Positions 12,196 to 25,364 of a stretch of DNA of 64,000 nucleotides are shown piece after piece. The position numbers were made by a program, and so were the translations under genes. Below the pieces are notes generated by a model. The model did no database searches and was not told the DNA's origin. It worked only from the letters and a program-made list of their open reading frames with translations. Source of the stretch: Lama guanicoe (Eukaryota). Within the stretch, counting starts at the first letter, position 1. Each line of letters begins with the position of its first letter. The stretch spans positions 2,834,324-2,898,323 of the forward strand of contig MU053559.1 in the NCBI GenBank assembly GCA_013239625.1, in the 5' to 3' direction.

Positions 12196-14204
12196 AACAC
12201 TTTAAGGAAAGGCCAGCTTCTTAAAGATCCCTGAAGGAAGTCTGTGCTGGGAACTGTACTGTGTTACATATTACATCAGTGAAAAAAGAGATGTAAAAGG
12301 CAAAGTCAGATGTGTATACATTAGCGTGCCCTCCAGCTATAGACTTGAGATGAAGATTCTGCCACTACTTCCATGGTGGGTCCAAGGGTAAGCAGCTCAA
12401 TCACAGATATTGAGCCCACAGAAACCCTTGTCTTACTTGAGGGCAAAGAGACTAATCAACACAGAGCTACAGGAAGAGGACGGCACCTAGAAAAAAAAAT
12501 GGTAGGAAAGAGAGCTCTTCACCAGGATCATCCAGGAGAAAAGTTTAGAGACCTGTTAACATCCTTAAAGCTTCTGCAAAAAAGAAACAGAAAGAATGAA
12601 GAGGTGAGACTGATATGAAAACCCAACAGGATGAGATGAAAAGAGAGACAAACAGGGTAAGGGAAATAAACAAGTACTCTAAAAAAAATCAGGAACAAAA
12701 TTAAAGTACACATTGGAGACAGTAAAGAGGAAAATTCATCCAGCAGAAAATTGAAATTGGTGTCAAGAACAAAGCGGATGCTAAGAAATTGAATGGAGCG
12801 TGAAAAGACAGTGATGGAACTAATGAGAGAGAAGACAATAGCTGCGGAGAAAGAATGGAGAAAATGGAGAACCAGCGTATGGATAATTTGAGTTCCTAAA
12901 AGAGGAACAAAGGCAAATGGAAGAGATGTAATAAAAATAAAATAAAACAGAAATTTTCCTCTGCTGAAGAACAGTATATGTTGATTGAAAGAACCTACTA
13001 TGTTCTAGGCAAAGTCAATAAAAGGGGTCACACAATTGGACACATCATGGCAAAAGTTTTAAGCTACAATATTAAACTGTCTATATTTTTTTGAGTGAAA
13101 CAAAATGAAGTCAGTTTGCCCAGATAAAAACAAATGTCAGTCAAGATTGCTCATATCTAGAGTTTTAGAGAGAAAAGTTTGATTCCAAAATGCAATATTC
13201 ATCTGAGTTGTTTTTCAGGTGTAAAAATGTCAGAAAAACACTCTCTGCTACATAGGGGATTGTAAAATATATCACCTTCTTGAAAAAGTTGGTTTACAGT
13301 ATTTTTTCAACCAACCAAGAGATGAAGGGGGTGGGGAAAAAAGTTCAAGAATGGGGAAGTCATGGAATGGAGCCAAAATAGAAGTGCATCTAAATAATTC
13401 CATCACATTTAATTACAAAATTAAATCTAAATCTCAATACTTTTTCTCAAATTAGGTTCTGAATTTTTAAAATAGAAAAGTATATGAATCTTAAAACCTG
13501 AGTTAACATTTTCATGCATTAGAATGGGAAGGAGGTAAAGAAAAAATGCGCTAAATTCTATATCTCAAAGGTGTGATTCAAAATATGCTGTTCCACTTTG
13601 GACCTAGGAATTAGATAAAAATATGTTTAAAAAAAAAAACTTTTGAAAAACTTAAAGGTCCATGCTAGGTAATATATTTGCTGTATTAATTCAGGAAATA
13701 GAAAGATATTGTAAAACGTACAGGTTTTGCCTTTCTTCCAGGTATCTGCCTTCAACTAATAGAATAAAATACTTTCTAAAACAATGGAGAAGATAAAAAC
13801 AAAACTGAAAGTAGAGAAAATAGCAGAGAAACGTTAATCAATAAGTCACAGAACAAAACAGCATAAACCAAAAGATTTCAGAATTTTAAAATGTAAATCC
13901 CCTATTAAAAGACTTGGTTGAGTAAAAGAAATTTAAGTATAATCTAGTTACAGGAGACATACTATTTTTAAAATGACATAATGTGTTACAAAATGAAAAA
14001 GAGGCAAAGATAAATTAGACAAATGCAGACCAGAAAAAAGGGGGTGGGAGAAGAGTTGGCAATATTAGCAAATCAAGACAAAAGCATTAATCAGGCAAAG
14101 AGAGTTAATTTTATATTAGTAAAAGGGTATAAATAAAATTTTCATTATCTTGACATTCAATGCCAGACTATCATACTATGAAAACATATAAAGCTATTAA
14201 AAAT

Positions 14205-14715
14205 TGTATTAGTCAGGGTTCTCCAGAGAAACAAAACTAATAGCATTACATATACTTAGAGAGAGAGTGGGAAAGAGACAGAGAACTATTTGAGGCAATT
14301 GGCTTATGTCATTGTGGGGACTGGCAAGTCCAAGATCTACAGATCAGGGTGGGGTGGGGGGTGGGGGGAAGTTCTGGGCAACAGGCTAGAAACCCAGATA
14401 AGAGTCGATAATTGCAGTCTTGAGTCCAAGATCTACAAGGCAGGCCAGCAGCCTGAACACTCAGGCAGTTTCTACATTGCAGTCTTGTGACAAAATTGCT
14501 TCTTCTTTGGGAACCCTGAGTCTTTGCTCTTAAGGCCTTCAACTGATTGGATGAGGCCCACCCACATAATGGCGGTAATCTGCTTTAGTTGAAGTACTGA
14601 TTGCAAACTTTAATCCCATCCACAAATACCTTCACAGCAACACTTAGACTAGTGTTTGACCAAACAAATGTGCACCATAGCCTAGCTAAGTTAACACGTA
14701 AAGTTAATCATCCCA
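14205..14715 (-). mobile_element. MLT2 (ERVL) solo LTR
   Basis: TGTATTAGTCAGGGTTCTCCAGAGAAAC..AAGTTAATCATCCCA; flanks AAAAT/GAAAT. Confidence 0.8.
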
Positions 14716-15450
14716 GAAATATAGGGAGAAATTGACATACAGATGATCACAATATAAGACTTATATACCTCTTACTCATTGGGCATATTAAGCAGACCAA
14801 AAATAAAAATGAATATAAGGAATATGAATACTATTAATAATATATAATATATGATGGATTATATATAAACTATATATGAATATAACATATATTTTCTTAT
14901 ATTATAAATTATATAAATAGGTAAGAATGGTGATAGCAACCTGAGGAAAAAGTAATGTTGGGTCCATACTTCATACTTTGTACCAGAATATATTCTATAT
15001 GGATCAAATATGTACATGTTTAAATTAAAACCATAAAAGTACTTGAAGAGCAATGGGAGATCTTTTAGTATAATCTTCAAGCGTGGAAGGCCTTTCTGGG
15101 AGTGACACAGAACCTAAGAGTCATAAAAATGAAAACATAAAAATATAAATAAATAAATAATAGTAAATTTGACTTAATAAAAGTTACCTCTACCTGGTAA
15201 ATCGATTCTAAGCAAAATCAAAAGACAAATGAAAAACTGGAGATAATATTTGAAATTCTTATCACAAACAAATGCCATATTTCTCCGCTAGAGTTCTTAC
15301 AAATCAATAAGAAAAAAAGACTAACAATCTAATAAAAAATTGATATGAGCAGCCAGTTCATGGAAAGAAAAATGCAAATGGCTCTTAAAAGAATGCAAAG
15401 ATGCTAGAACTTAGTTGTAATAAGAAATGTGCAAATTAAAAGTAAACTGA

Positions 15451-15565
15451 GATTATGAAAAAGAACATGAAAACCAATATATGTATGTATATGCATGACT
15501 GAGACATTGTGCTGTACACCAGAAATTGACACATTGTAACTGACTGTAAATTAAATTAAAAAAAC
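15451..15565 (+). mobile_element. Short 5'-truncated lineage L1 3' end
   Basis: GCTGTACACCAGAAATTGACACATTGTAACTGACT plus A-tail; TSD AAGTAAACTGA. Confidence 0.8.
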
Positions 15566-15741
15566 AAGTAAACTGACATACCACCTCTGTCTAGTCAAAA
15601 TGGCCAAAGGTACAAAGTTTGATAATACCCCATGCTGCTGATTCTGTGAGGAAGCAGGCACTTTGATACATTGCTGGTTGGTGTTAATATCATCCATAGG
15701 AATTAATCTGGCAATGTTTATCAAAATTTCAAGTTATGACC

Positions 15742-16612
15742 TGTGAGATAATAGAAAAAATATATATATTGCTCTGTGCCCTCTCCTTCCCCATTTCTGA
15801 CACAGAGCTCCTAAAAAACCTTGTCATTTCCTATGTGACAAAAGCACTAGGAGCATCTTTTCTTCTAATGAGGTGACTCCAGGTGGACCTGGGTGGCTCC
15901 TGGATGGGGCTGGTAATCAGAAAGACTAAGGCATCGTTAAAAGCTTGGAATTTTCAGCTCCCCCATTCTCCAGAGAGGAGAGAGGGCTGGGAATGCAGTT
16001 AATGATCAGCCACGCCTACATGAGGAAACCTGTTTAAAAATCCCCAAACAATGAGGTTCCAGGAGCTTCCAGATGGGTGAACCATCCACGTACCAGGAGG
16101 GTGATGCACCCCAAGTCCAGAAGAACAGAAGCTCCTATTCTTGGGTCCCTTCTAGACCTCGCCCCATCTATTTCTTCATCTGGCTGTTCATCTGTGTCCA
16201 TGATTATATCTTCTAACAAACTGATAAACGTAAAGTGTTTCCCTGAGTTCTGTGAGCCACGCTAGCAAATTAATTAAACCTGGTGTGGGGGGGTGTGGGA
16301 ACCTCCTATTTGTAACCACAATTGCTGTGGGTAACCTGGGGACCTACTACTCGCAATTGGCATCTGAAAGGGAGGGAGCGGTCCTGTGGGACTGAGCCCT
16401 TTACCTATGCGATCTCCAGGTAGATGGTGTCAGAATTGAATAAAGTTATAGGACACCAGCTGGTGTTGCAGAGAATTGCTTGGTTGGGGGAAAACCTCCA
16501 AATATTGGTGACCAGAAGTGTCAGAAGTGAAGTGTTCTGTGTGAGTGTATGTGGTAGTTGTATGAGTAGTAAAGGAGACACACAGATGGAAAACTGGGTT
16601 TTCCTGAATGCA
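15742..16612 (+). mobile_element. MER21-like solo LTR inserted in the old L1
   Basis: TG..CA ends; GACC direct repeat; host L1 resumes after it. Confidence 0.75.
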
Positions 16613-19025
16613 GACCCACTGTTTCCATTTCTAATAATACCCTGTGGATATATTTGCACATGAATAAATTTATGTGCATAAACTTAACTGTGTAAGTTTA
16701 TTAATTGCATTATTATTTGTAATAGCAAAATTCTGGCAACAGCCTAAATGTCCATCAATAAGGGACAGGTTAGATGAATTATAATACTTCCATACAATGG
16801 AATACTATGCAATTGTAAAACAGAATAAGAATGTTTTCTTTTACTGACTTAGCATGATCTGTAATATATATTATTAAACAAAAAGAAACAAGACAGAGAA
16901 CAATATGTAAAGAATGCTACCATTTGTTGAAAAATGAGAGAAAATACAAACGTAATTCCTTGTAGATGCGTAAAGTAGTATCTTAGAAGGATATGAGAAA
17001 AATTAATAACAACTGCCTTTGGGGAGGAGAACTGGTTGACTAGAGGTCAGAGATGAGGAGGCTTTTCACTCTATATACCCTTATGTACCATTTGGATGCT
17101 GAATCACAGGTATATTACCTAGTCAAACATGAAAAGTTTTTTAAATAATAAAATATGATAAAATATATATATATACACTTAGAATCCTACCAGTAGACAA
17201 TGCATGTTGCACTATTTAGGAAGACAGCTAATGAGAAAATTTCAGTGCTGTAATGAAGAAACTATACAAGCCAGATTCTTTGAGCATCATGCAATAAAGC
17301 TGGAAATGAAGGCAAATTCTCACAGTCCCCAGCACAGGCCCCAGATCTGCCAAAACTTGGAGCTTCCAGAGTTCAATCAAATTTATCACACAGACCTTCT
17401 AATTTGGTCAAGTTCCATGCTCATTTTTTATCCCCTCACCCTAGAGGCTACTGAAGAAAGAAGCCAATTATGAGTCCAGGTTCTAACACTATTATGCCCT
17501 ATTTCAGAAAGTCTTGTTAAATATACTTTCTGAGCACAGCTATGTGACCTTGATCCATCTCTCTGGATGGAGAGGACCTGGCAAGGAGTCTGGCCCAAGC
17601 ACCAAAAGGTTACCATAAAATTCATATTTTCACTGCCTCCTCTCCCCTCATCAGGCAGTTCCCAAAAGGTGATCAAGAGGTCACCCCCCTCCCAGCCTTC
17701 CTGTATTTCATTAGTGGGAAATAGTGAAGGCATATGGAAACGAGACACTGAGGTAGCTGGAGATGGGCTCTCAAGTATTCACAGAGAAATGTACCCCTCT
17801 TATTGTGTATCTTTACTTCCATGGTTTGTTTTAATTGAAGTATAGTTGATTTACAGTGTTGTGTTAGTTTCTGGTGTACAGCATAGTGATTCAGTTATAC
17901 ATCAATTCTTTTCCATTATAGGTTATTACAAGATATTGACTATATTTCTCTGTACTATACAGTAGGACCTTGTTGTTTATCTATTTTGGGTATAGTAGTT
18001 TGTATCCGCCAATCCCAAATTCCTAATTTATCCCTCTCCCTTTATATCTTTACTTCTTTACCTCAACAGTTTAGGTCAAAACAAATGATCACATGATGTC
18101 ATGGATGTCTCATTGGTAATGTAGGAGACATGGTAAATGTTTTAGCAGGCAAAAACCGTTCTAAAAAAATTGAACTCAAAAGAATTGAATGAAGGGGTGT
18201 GTGTGTGTGTGAGTATACTAAATTACAATTTTATAGCACTATGAGCCTTTGGAATTAAGATATATGAACTCCAGAAATAGGATTAACACTTTACTGATCA
18301 AGTTTCACATTCTGGGTAGATGATCTTTTATTTAAATATTTATCTATGTAGAAACACATATAATGTGTGTTATATTTTTGCCTTTCAGTCCTCCAATACC
18401 TGTTTAAATAGTTCTTTATATTAGATTTGTTCTGATAAAATGACTCTTATGGTTTTGGTTTTCCTGATTTAATCTTGACTAATACACAAGAAAATAGTAA
18501 TTCCAATCCAAACTGCCATAACTGTTAAAATGATTCCTTCAGAAAAGAAGAAGAAAGACTCTGACAACAACAATGTTAAAAACACCTCTGAAAAAGGTGG
18601 GGGTGGGGTAGGGGGACGTCATCGCTACCAAATGTCACAGCTGATTATGAAGCTGCACCAATTTTAAGGAATGTGTTACCGGCACAAGAAAAGATAGAGG
18701 ATGTAACAACCCAGAAGGAACAAAAGCAGACAAATATTTATGGTGCTTTTGCAACATCTCAAAATTATTTTTAAAAATTAAGTAACTCCAACTTATATGA
18801 AATACCACAGACCAAAATTAACTTAGGATGGATTTAAGTGTCACATGTCCCCCAGTGTAATAATTGATGGTGGCAAAAATCATTAATGAATACTAATATT
18901 ATTGGATGAAAGAACCAGGATATTCACATGGTATAAAAGTATCGCCCTACAGATTGCTTACTAGTTTTAAAAGCAGATATCTGGTGGTCACCATCTTAAC
19001 TAAGTGATCAAACTTGGTACCACTG

Positions 19026-19115
19026 TGGGTGGAATTACAGCTCAGTGGTAAAGGATATGCTTAGCACACATGAGGTCCTGAGTTCAATCCGCAGTACCTC
19101 CATGAAAAAAAAAAA
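19026..19115 (+). mobile_element. tRNA-Ala-derived SINE (Vic-1-like)
   Basis: A/B boxes, A-tail, degenerate TSD AAACTTRGYAYCACTG. Confidence 0.8.
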
Positions 19116-20029
19116 GGATTTTTTTTTTAACAAACTTAGCATCACTGCTAATGGGACAAAGAGACATTTGTGCCTCCTGATGTGACACAACATGACAGCA
19201 CTTCTGAAGTGTTCGAGGAGAAATTACTCAACCCAAATCTAATCAAACCTCTAGACTCGACGTCGAGTTTAAGGAAAATGCAAATGATAAAGGAACAAGT
19301 AAAACAATAGCAAGAGGAAATAATTGGACAAATCCAGAGTGCTGGACCTTATACCACAAAATTGTTCCAGACTCATCAAAAAGACAATGTCAGGAGAGAA
19401 AAGAGCAAGGGCACTGTTCTAGATTAAAACAAATACAATAATGAAATATAATGTGTGCTCTTAATTGGATCCTGTTTAAGAAAGAAAAAAATAGCTAAAG
19501 AAGACATTTTGGGAAAAATTTAAATATCGATTGAGTCTTAGAGAATTACTGTTAATTAATTGGCTTAGGTTTGATAATGATATTTTGAGTATGTAGGAGA
19601 ATGTCCTTATTCTTAGATGATGCATTTTGAAATATTCAAGGGTGAAGGGTCATGGTATCTGCAACTTATTTTCAAATGGGTCAGAGAAAAAAGCATTATA
19701 TTGAGAGAGAAAGCATATATGACAAAAGGCTAGCACAATTGGTTAACCTTTTTGGATGTTTGAAAATTTTCAAATTAAGAAAAAGGGGGGAAGGTTTAAA
19801 AGTGAAAAAAATATAAATGAGGAGAAATAATAGTTAACATTTTTATGATTACGCACTGGAGAAAACCTTCAAAGTGTCATTCAGAAGCAAAAACAATTCA
19901 GTTAAAGATTTGTAGATTTAGCTACATAAATTTAAACTTTTGAATCACAAACAAGCACCATCAACAAATGGCATGTGATAAAGTGGGGAAATATATGCAA
20001 TGTATTTGACAAGAAAAGTTGAGTATCTT

Positions 20030-20207
20030 TATACTGTATAGCACAGGGAAATATATACAAGATCTTGTGGTAGCTCACAGTGAAAAAGAATGTGACAATG
20101 AATATATGTATGTTCATGTATAACTGAAAAATTGTGCCCTACACTGGAAATTGACACGACATTGTAAACTGACTATAACTCAATAAAAAAAAATGTTAAA
20201 AAAAAAA
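20030..20207 (+). mobile_element. Truncated L1 3' end
   Basis: L1 3'UTR motifs, A-tail, TSD-like TTGAGTATCT on both sides. Confidence 0.78.
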
Positions 20208-20429
20208 CTTGAGTATCTGTATTCTATATTTCAGGTCCCACAACTAAAAAGAAAAAGAAAAAATTTACATAGAAAATTGTCTTAGTGCATAAAGAGATAA
20301 TTCAAAAAAGAAGGACAAAGATGAGAAGATATGAAATACCTAATATTCATGCATTCACTACTGTTTGGTTGACATTTCTTAGCCTTCATCAGGGTCATTT
20401 AAGGTGCTTGTTAAAAATGCAGCTTCCTG

Positions 20430-20960
20430 TCTATCGACAGATGACTGGATAAAAAAGTGGTATATTTATACAATGGAATACTACTCTGCCATAAAAAAGA
20501 ATAAAATAATGCCATTTGCAGCAACATGGATGGACCCAGAGATCATCATTATAAGTGAAGTAAGCCAGAAAGACAGAAAAAAAAGCAAAACACCATTTAT
20601 CACTCATAAGTGGAATCTAAAAAAAAAAAAAAAGACACTATGAACTCATCTACAAAACAGAAACAGACTTGCAGACTTAGTAAACAATCTTCAATCTTAT
20701 GGTTACCAGGGAAATGGGGTGGGAAGAGATAAATTCGGGAGTTTGAGATTTACAAATGTTAGCCACTATATATAAAAATAGATTTTTTGAAAAGTTTCTT
20801 TTGTATAGCACAGGGAACTATGTTCAATATCTTGTAATAACCTTTAATGGAAAAAAACATGAAAACGAATATATGTATGTTTATGCATGACTGGGAAATT
20901 GTGCTGTACACCAGAGATTGACACATTGTAATTGACACCCTGTAATTCAATTAAAAAAAA
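20430..20960 (+). mobile_element. Truncated L1 3' end with ORF2 C-terminal remnant
   Basis: DDWIKKWYIYTMEYYSAIKKNKIMPFAATWMD; TSD AAAAATGCAGCTTCCTG at 20413 and 20957. Confidence 0.88.
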
Positions 20961-21489
20961 ATGCAGCTTCCTGGACCTTACCTATTACTTACTGAATCTA
21001 AATTTGTGATGGTGAGGCCCAAGTATCTGTATAATAAAAACTCCCCAGGTGATTTGTATGCGTACTCTTTGGGAAACAAGGGAATGGCTCAAAAATATCC
21101 TTTTTTTCAATCTACTTACCTTGATCTCAAAAGAAATGCAGGAGAAGAGAGCCTGTCTGCATGCCACCTCTTCACACCTGTGTGCTGCCTTGGACAAATT
21201 CCTTAACCTCTTGGAACCTCAGTTTTCTCATTTGTATGATAAGGACAGTAACTACTTTGAAAAGCCGTTGAAAAGACTTGAGACACTGTTGTAAAGTGGC
21301 CAGTACTGTGCTTGGCATATAATAGCTTCCGAATACATGGTCATTATTATTGTTCACTATAACTCATATTTTACTTTTACACTGTGACACTTCCCTTTTT
21401 CCAAGTGACGTGATCCTTTTCTTCTCTGTGTGTGTGTCTATGTGGGTTATATCACTTTATGCATACTCCCCCCAAACTGGAGACAGTCC

Positions 21490-21892
21490 TGTTATGGGCT
21501 GAATTGTATCTTCTTCCCCAAATATGTTGAAGTCCTAACCCCCCCAAACCTCAGAACGTGACCTTATTTGGAAATAGGGTTGATGCAGATGGAATTAGTT
21601 AAGATGAAGTCATACTGTATGGCGGTTCCTCAAAAAACTAAAAATAGAGTTACCATATGATCCATCTAGCAGTCCCACTCTTGGGCACATATCCGGAAAA
21701 GACAAAAACTCTAATATAAAAAGATACATGCACCTCAATGTTCATAGAAGCACTATTTATAACAACCAAGACATGGAAGCAACCTAAATGCTGTGGTATA
21801 AAGAAGATACATATAAAAAATTTTGCTCTACACAGGAATTTGACACAACATTGTAAAATGATTATAAATCAATAAAAAATGTTTAAAAAAGA

Positions 21893-21929
<37 letters not shown>

Positions 21930-22480
21930 GGAGTATTACTCAGCCATAAAAATGAATGAAATGCCATTTGCAGCAATATGAGTGGACCTAGAGATGATCA
22001 TACTAAGTGATATCAGTCAGAGAAAGACAAATATCATATCACTTGTATGTGGACTCTAAAGAAATGATACAAATAAACATACTTACAAAACAGAACTAGA
22101 TTCACAGATGTAGAAAACATACTTATGGTTACCAAAAGGGAAAGCAGGGTAGAGATAAACTAGGAGCTTGGGATTAACATAAACACACTACTATATATAA
22201 AATAGATAAACAAGGACCGACTGTATAGCACAGGGAACTATATTTAAAATCTTGTTATAATGGAAAAGAATCTTTTGAAAAAGAATATACATACGTACAC
22301 ACATACCTTTATCTGAATTACTTTGCTGTACACCTGAAACATTGTAAATCAACTACACTTCAATAAAAAAAAAGAGAAAGAAAAATCATACTGGAGTAGA
22401 ATGAGCCCCTAATATGACTGGTGTTCTTATAAGAAGAGGAAAATTTGAAAACAAATGTGTACAGAGGGAAGTGATTCTAA
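21490..22480 (+). mobile_element. MLT1 (MaLR) LTR interrupted by an L1 3' end (~21619-22385) that itself holds a short L1 insertion (~21810-21890)
   Basis: MLT1 start TGTTATGGGCTGAATTGT; resumes after TCATACTG direct repeat; inner direct repeat AAAGAAGATAYATATA. Confidence 0.72.
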
Positions 22481-23525
22481 ACAAACCCTTTGAGGGGAAG
22501 CTGAAGTGGGGGACTGGAATGGTGCCACTTGCTTCTTGCTTGCACATGGATTAAGTACAATGACACAATAGGAACTCTGAAAAGGCTCTAAATCTCTCCT
22601 CTGACGTAGGGTCCGAAAGAACTTTAAACCATTTGTTTTTACAGACAGGATGATTTTTTTGGGAAAGGTCACTTCATGGACACAAAGAGCGGTGCACAGA
22701 TGGGGGAAATGCCACTGTGAGGATGAATGTACTGATCCCCAACCAGGAGGGCCAAAGAGCATCCTTAGTAGCAAGAGCAGCCCTTTCCTCTAAGCAGGAA
22801 ACCATTGGCGTGCTAGGTCCCATGCTAAGGAATCTAATCCTCTCAGCAACCCTAGGAGAGACGGGTGAGGAAACCGAGGCTCTGAGAGGCCCCCAGTCAT
22901 AACGGGAGGAGGTGGCAGACCTGAGTGCTGGCCAGCAGCTCCAGCCTACCACGCCAAGGCCCATGAGAGGAACTGAGGCCTGGTGCTGGGTGGGCTCTCT
23001 CTCTTAGCATCCCTGGAGGAGGGGATTAATGTTCCTTTCTCACAAAGGCTGGTGGGGGGGTGCCCAGGGCACCTTGAGACCCTGCCATATAGTACAGCAC
23101 TAGAAAATATGTTTTTCAACTTTATATAGTGGAATGGGTTTTTTGAAAACTATTTTATATGTAAATATAATCTAGAAAACCAGAGTTGGGTCGCTGTGGT
23201 TGAAGGTGGGGACAGGGGTGGCCTGAGGCTCCCCCAAGACTCCCAGAAAACCCCAAGAAGGCCACCTACCCAGTAGGTTGGCACTTACTGTAAGAAGCAC
23301 AGGGTGTCAAAGGAGATTCTGGCTTTGGGTTGCGAAGAAGCAGGTGCGATGGTGGGGGTGGGGAGCACAGACTCACTGCCGGGTTAGCCTCTGGCAGGTC
23401 ACAGGGTGCAGATTCATCTAAGCTGGACACCACCTTCCCCACCCTCCTCTCTGGCCAGGCCCCAGCAGCCATGCCCTGCCGCCCACAGGATAAGAAACAT
23501 TATCACCAAGTTACATTTAATGCAT

Positions 23526-23531
23526 TTTATT
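23526..23531 (-). terminator. Candidate DUSP21 polyadenylation signal
   Basis: AATAAA on the minus strand ~150 nt after the stop. Confidence 0.6.
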
Positions 23532-23678
23532 CTTTAAAGATAAGGCATAACTAAGCTAAAAGCCCCCCGCCTCCCCCTCCCTCCTTTTCGCTTGCCCTTT
23601 TAAAAGGTGGTTTCTAGTTTCTTTACCAACATAAGTTCAACGTTCAGTTCAAGGCTGGTGGAGGATTTGCAGCAGATG

Positions 23679-24269
23679 TCAGGGATTGGCCGGGATGGCT
23701 CCCATCGGCATCATCAAACAGACCTCTTTCTGGTAGATGTCCGGAATCATACCCACCGGGGAACTGACCATGTGAACGGTGTTCTTACTGAACAGCTTGA
23801 ATTCATAATGGATAAGCTGTTCCCAAAAGCCATTATTAGGCCGGATGATGGGGCGGCACGACTTGGTCCACGTGTGGGCGTCCAGCAGAGACATGAAGTG
23901 GTACTTCATGAGGTAGGCGAGGCAGAGAGCGGCAGAGCGGCTCACCCCGGCGGCGCAGTGCAGCAGCGTTCGGCCGTGCTTCATTTCCACGCTGTGGATG
24001 TGATCTGCGATGGGGTCAAAAAAGTCGTAGAGCTGGGAGCTGGGAGCATCCTCAACGGGCACGTGTACGTACTGGATGTCTTCGAAGAACGTGTTGGCCA
24101 CCTCCACCGACACATTGATGACTGTGGTGATGTGGTTGGTAGACAGCATGAGTTTGTTATTGGCTGCCACACCATTGCTGATGTATAGACTGCTGGTTAT
24201 CTGGGAGAGGCCATGGATCGAGGGCTGCCCGACAGCCTGGACCAGGAGGGGATACGGGGGTGTTGTCAT
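23679..24269 (-). CDS. DUSP21: Atypical dual-specificity phosphatase DUSP21 (intronless, 196 aa)
   Basis: Intact ORF with HCAAGVSRS active-site motif and RPIIRPNNGFWEQLIHYE; first ATG at 24269 (the ORF track starts at the preceding TTG); position upstream of KDM6A on the same strand matches DUSP21 rather than autosomal DUSP18. Confidence 0.92.
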   Translation of the reverse strand: MTTPPYPLLVQAVGQPSIHGLSQITSSLYISNGVAANNKLMLSTNHITTVINVSVEVANTFFEDIQYVHVPVEDAPSSQLYDFFDPIADHIHSVEMKHGRTLLHCAAGVSRSAALCLAYLMKYHFMSLLDAHTWTKSCRPIIRPNNGFWEQLIHYEFKLFSKNTVHMVSSPVGMIPDIYQKEVCLMMPMGAIPANP

Positions 24270-24506
24270 CAAGGTGGCGGGACAGCGGTGTCTCGGGCGG
24301 CCTGCTTGGTGGCAGTGCTCCCGGTGAGTTCAGGAAGCTGCAGCTCCATGAAGTCTCTGGAGAGGGTTTGGGGGGACAGTACACCGGTCACTGGTCTCCA
24401 TCTCCTCTCCACCCTCGCCCCCTCCCTCCCTCCCACCCCTCCCACCCCTCACACCCCTCCCAAACCCCGGCGCAGGCATCACAATCTCCCACTGCCCTTC
24501 CCACTG

Positions 24507-24520
24507 GTTTCCATGGCAAT
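24507..24520. promoter_or_regulatory. RFX X-box-like palindrome upstream of DUSP21
   Basis: GTTTCCATGGCAAT versus consensus GTTNCCATGGNAAC. Confidence 0.55.
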
Positions 24521-24891
24521 GGCAGCTTGCTACAGGAAGGACTTGGCCGCAGAGCTGGGTCTTCAGAGAAACCCCAGATCTCTCTTCTTTTTATCTTTCC
24601 TCATAGACATTTATGTTCCAAGCCCAAATTCTTATCTATCTTGATGTTTTAAAATGTTCTGTTACCAGATATCTATTTTATGCTTCAATTATTAGGCCAC
24701 ACTGAACACAATATCTAGGAATGCTTCTATTTTATTGGTGTTCAAGAACAGGGCTTACACTTTTTGTATAAAGTAACAGTATCGTATTTTAAATTGCGGC
24801 GCAGAGTTTGGCTCATGTGATATGCTAATCTCTATAAAACTGCAGGGAGATAGGGGTTTGGCTGGGTTTGGCGAGCCCGCGTGATACTTCT

Positions 24892-25364
24892 ATGTTGATT
24901 GTAGCCATATTATCACGCTTCTGCTTCCAGACACATCAGAACTGTTTATACGGGAACATTGCTGATATATGGCCCTTTATCTCTCATGTAATTGGCCTGT
25001 GATGAACAGTTGTGACTAATTTAGCTGTGTCACCATCCATTTGTGCATACGGCCCAGATGATTTATCACTTAATTCTACTTTATTACCTGAAAGAACAGC
25101 TCCAATGATCTTGTCTACTTTCTCCAAAGAGAAAGCCCCTGTGCTTTGTAAACTACAAGTCATTTTGACCACCACCCATGGTCTCTTCCCAGGCATGTTC
25201 AAAATACTGAAACAAGTCAATGCTCCATCATAATTGGGCCCAAAGTAGATTGTTTTAATTGCTCCCTGAGATTTGCATTTCCTTTCAGCTAAGATTTTTG
25301 TAGAATTTGACTGAAGATTCAAAACAACTATAACCTAAAACTAACAAATTCTTTCACAGTGCAG
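24892..25364 (+). pseudogene. Putative first exon of a fossil multi-exon gene
   Basis: TATAAAA 24833-24839; ATG 24892 MLIVAILSRFC..; after a frameshift ..CSIIIGPKVDCFNCSLRFAFPFS*DFCRI*LKIQNNYNLKLTNSFTVQ; donor CAG|GTGAGA. Confidence 0.45.

Larger units (their letters stand above)
12500..17160 (+). mobile_element. Ancient fragmented L1 (ORF1 through 3'UTR) hosting nested insertions
   Basis: Degenerate ORF1/ORF2-like A-rich sequence and typical 3' motifs (CCTAAATGTCCATCAATAAGG..ATGGAATACTATGCA). Confidence 0.65.

Noticed and set aside
23607..24188. 193-aa ORF antisense to DUSP21
   Set aside because: Shadow of the GC3-rich DUSP21 coding strand; no ATG start or recognisable domain
23679..24269. 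Calling the phosphatase DUSP18
   Set aside because: The sequence is close to both paralogues, but adjacency to KDM6A identifies the DUSP21 locus
24984..25322. 112-aa minus-strand ORF as a processed pseudogene
   Set aside because: No recognisable parent, poly(A) or TSD; the splice signals point to the + strand
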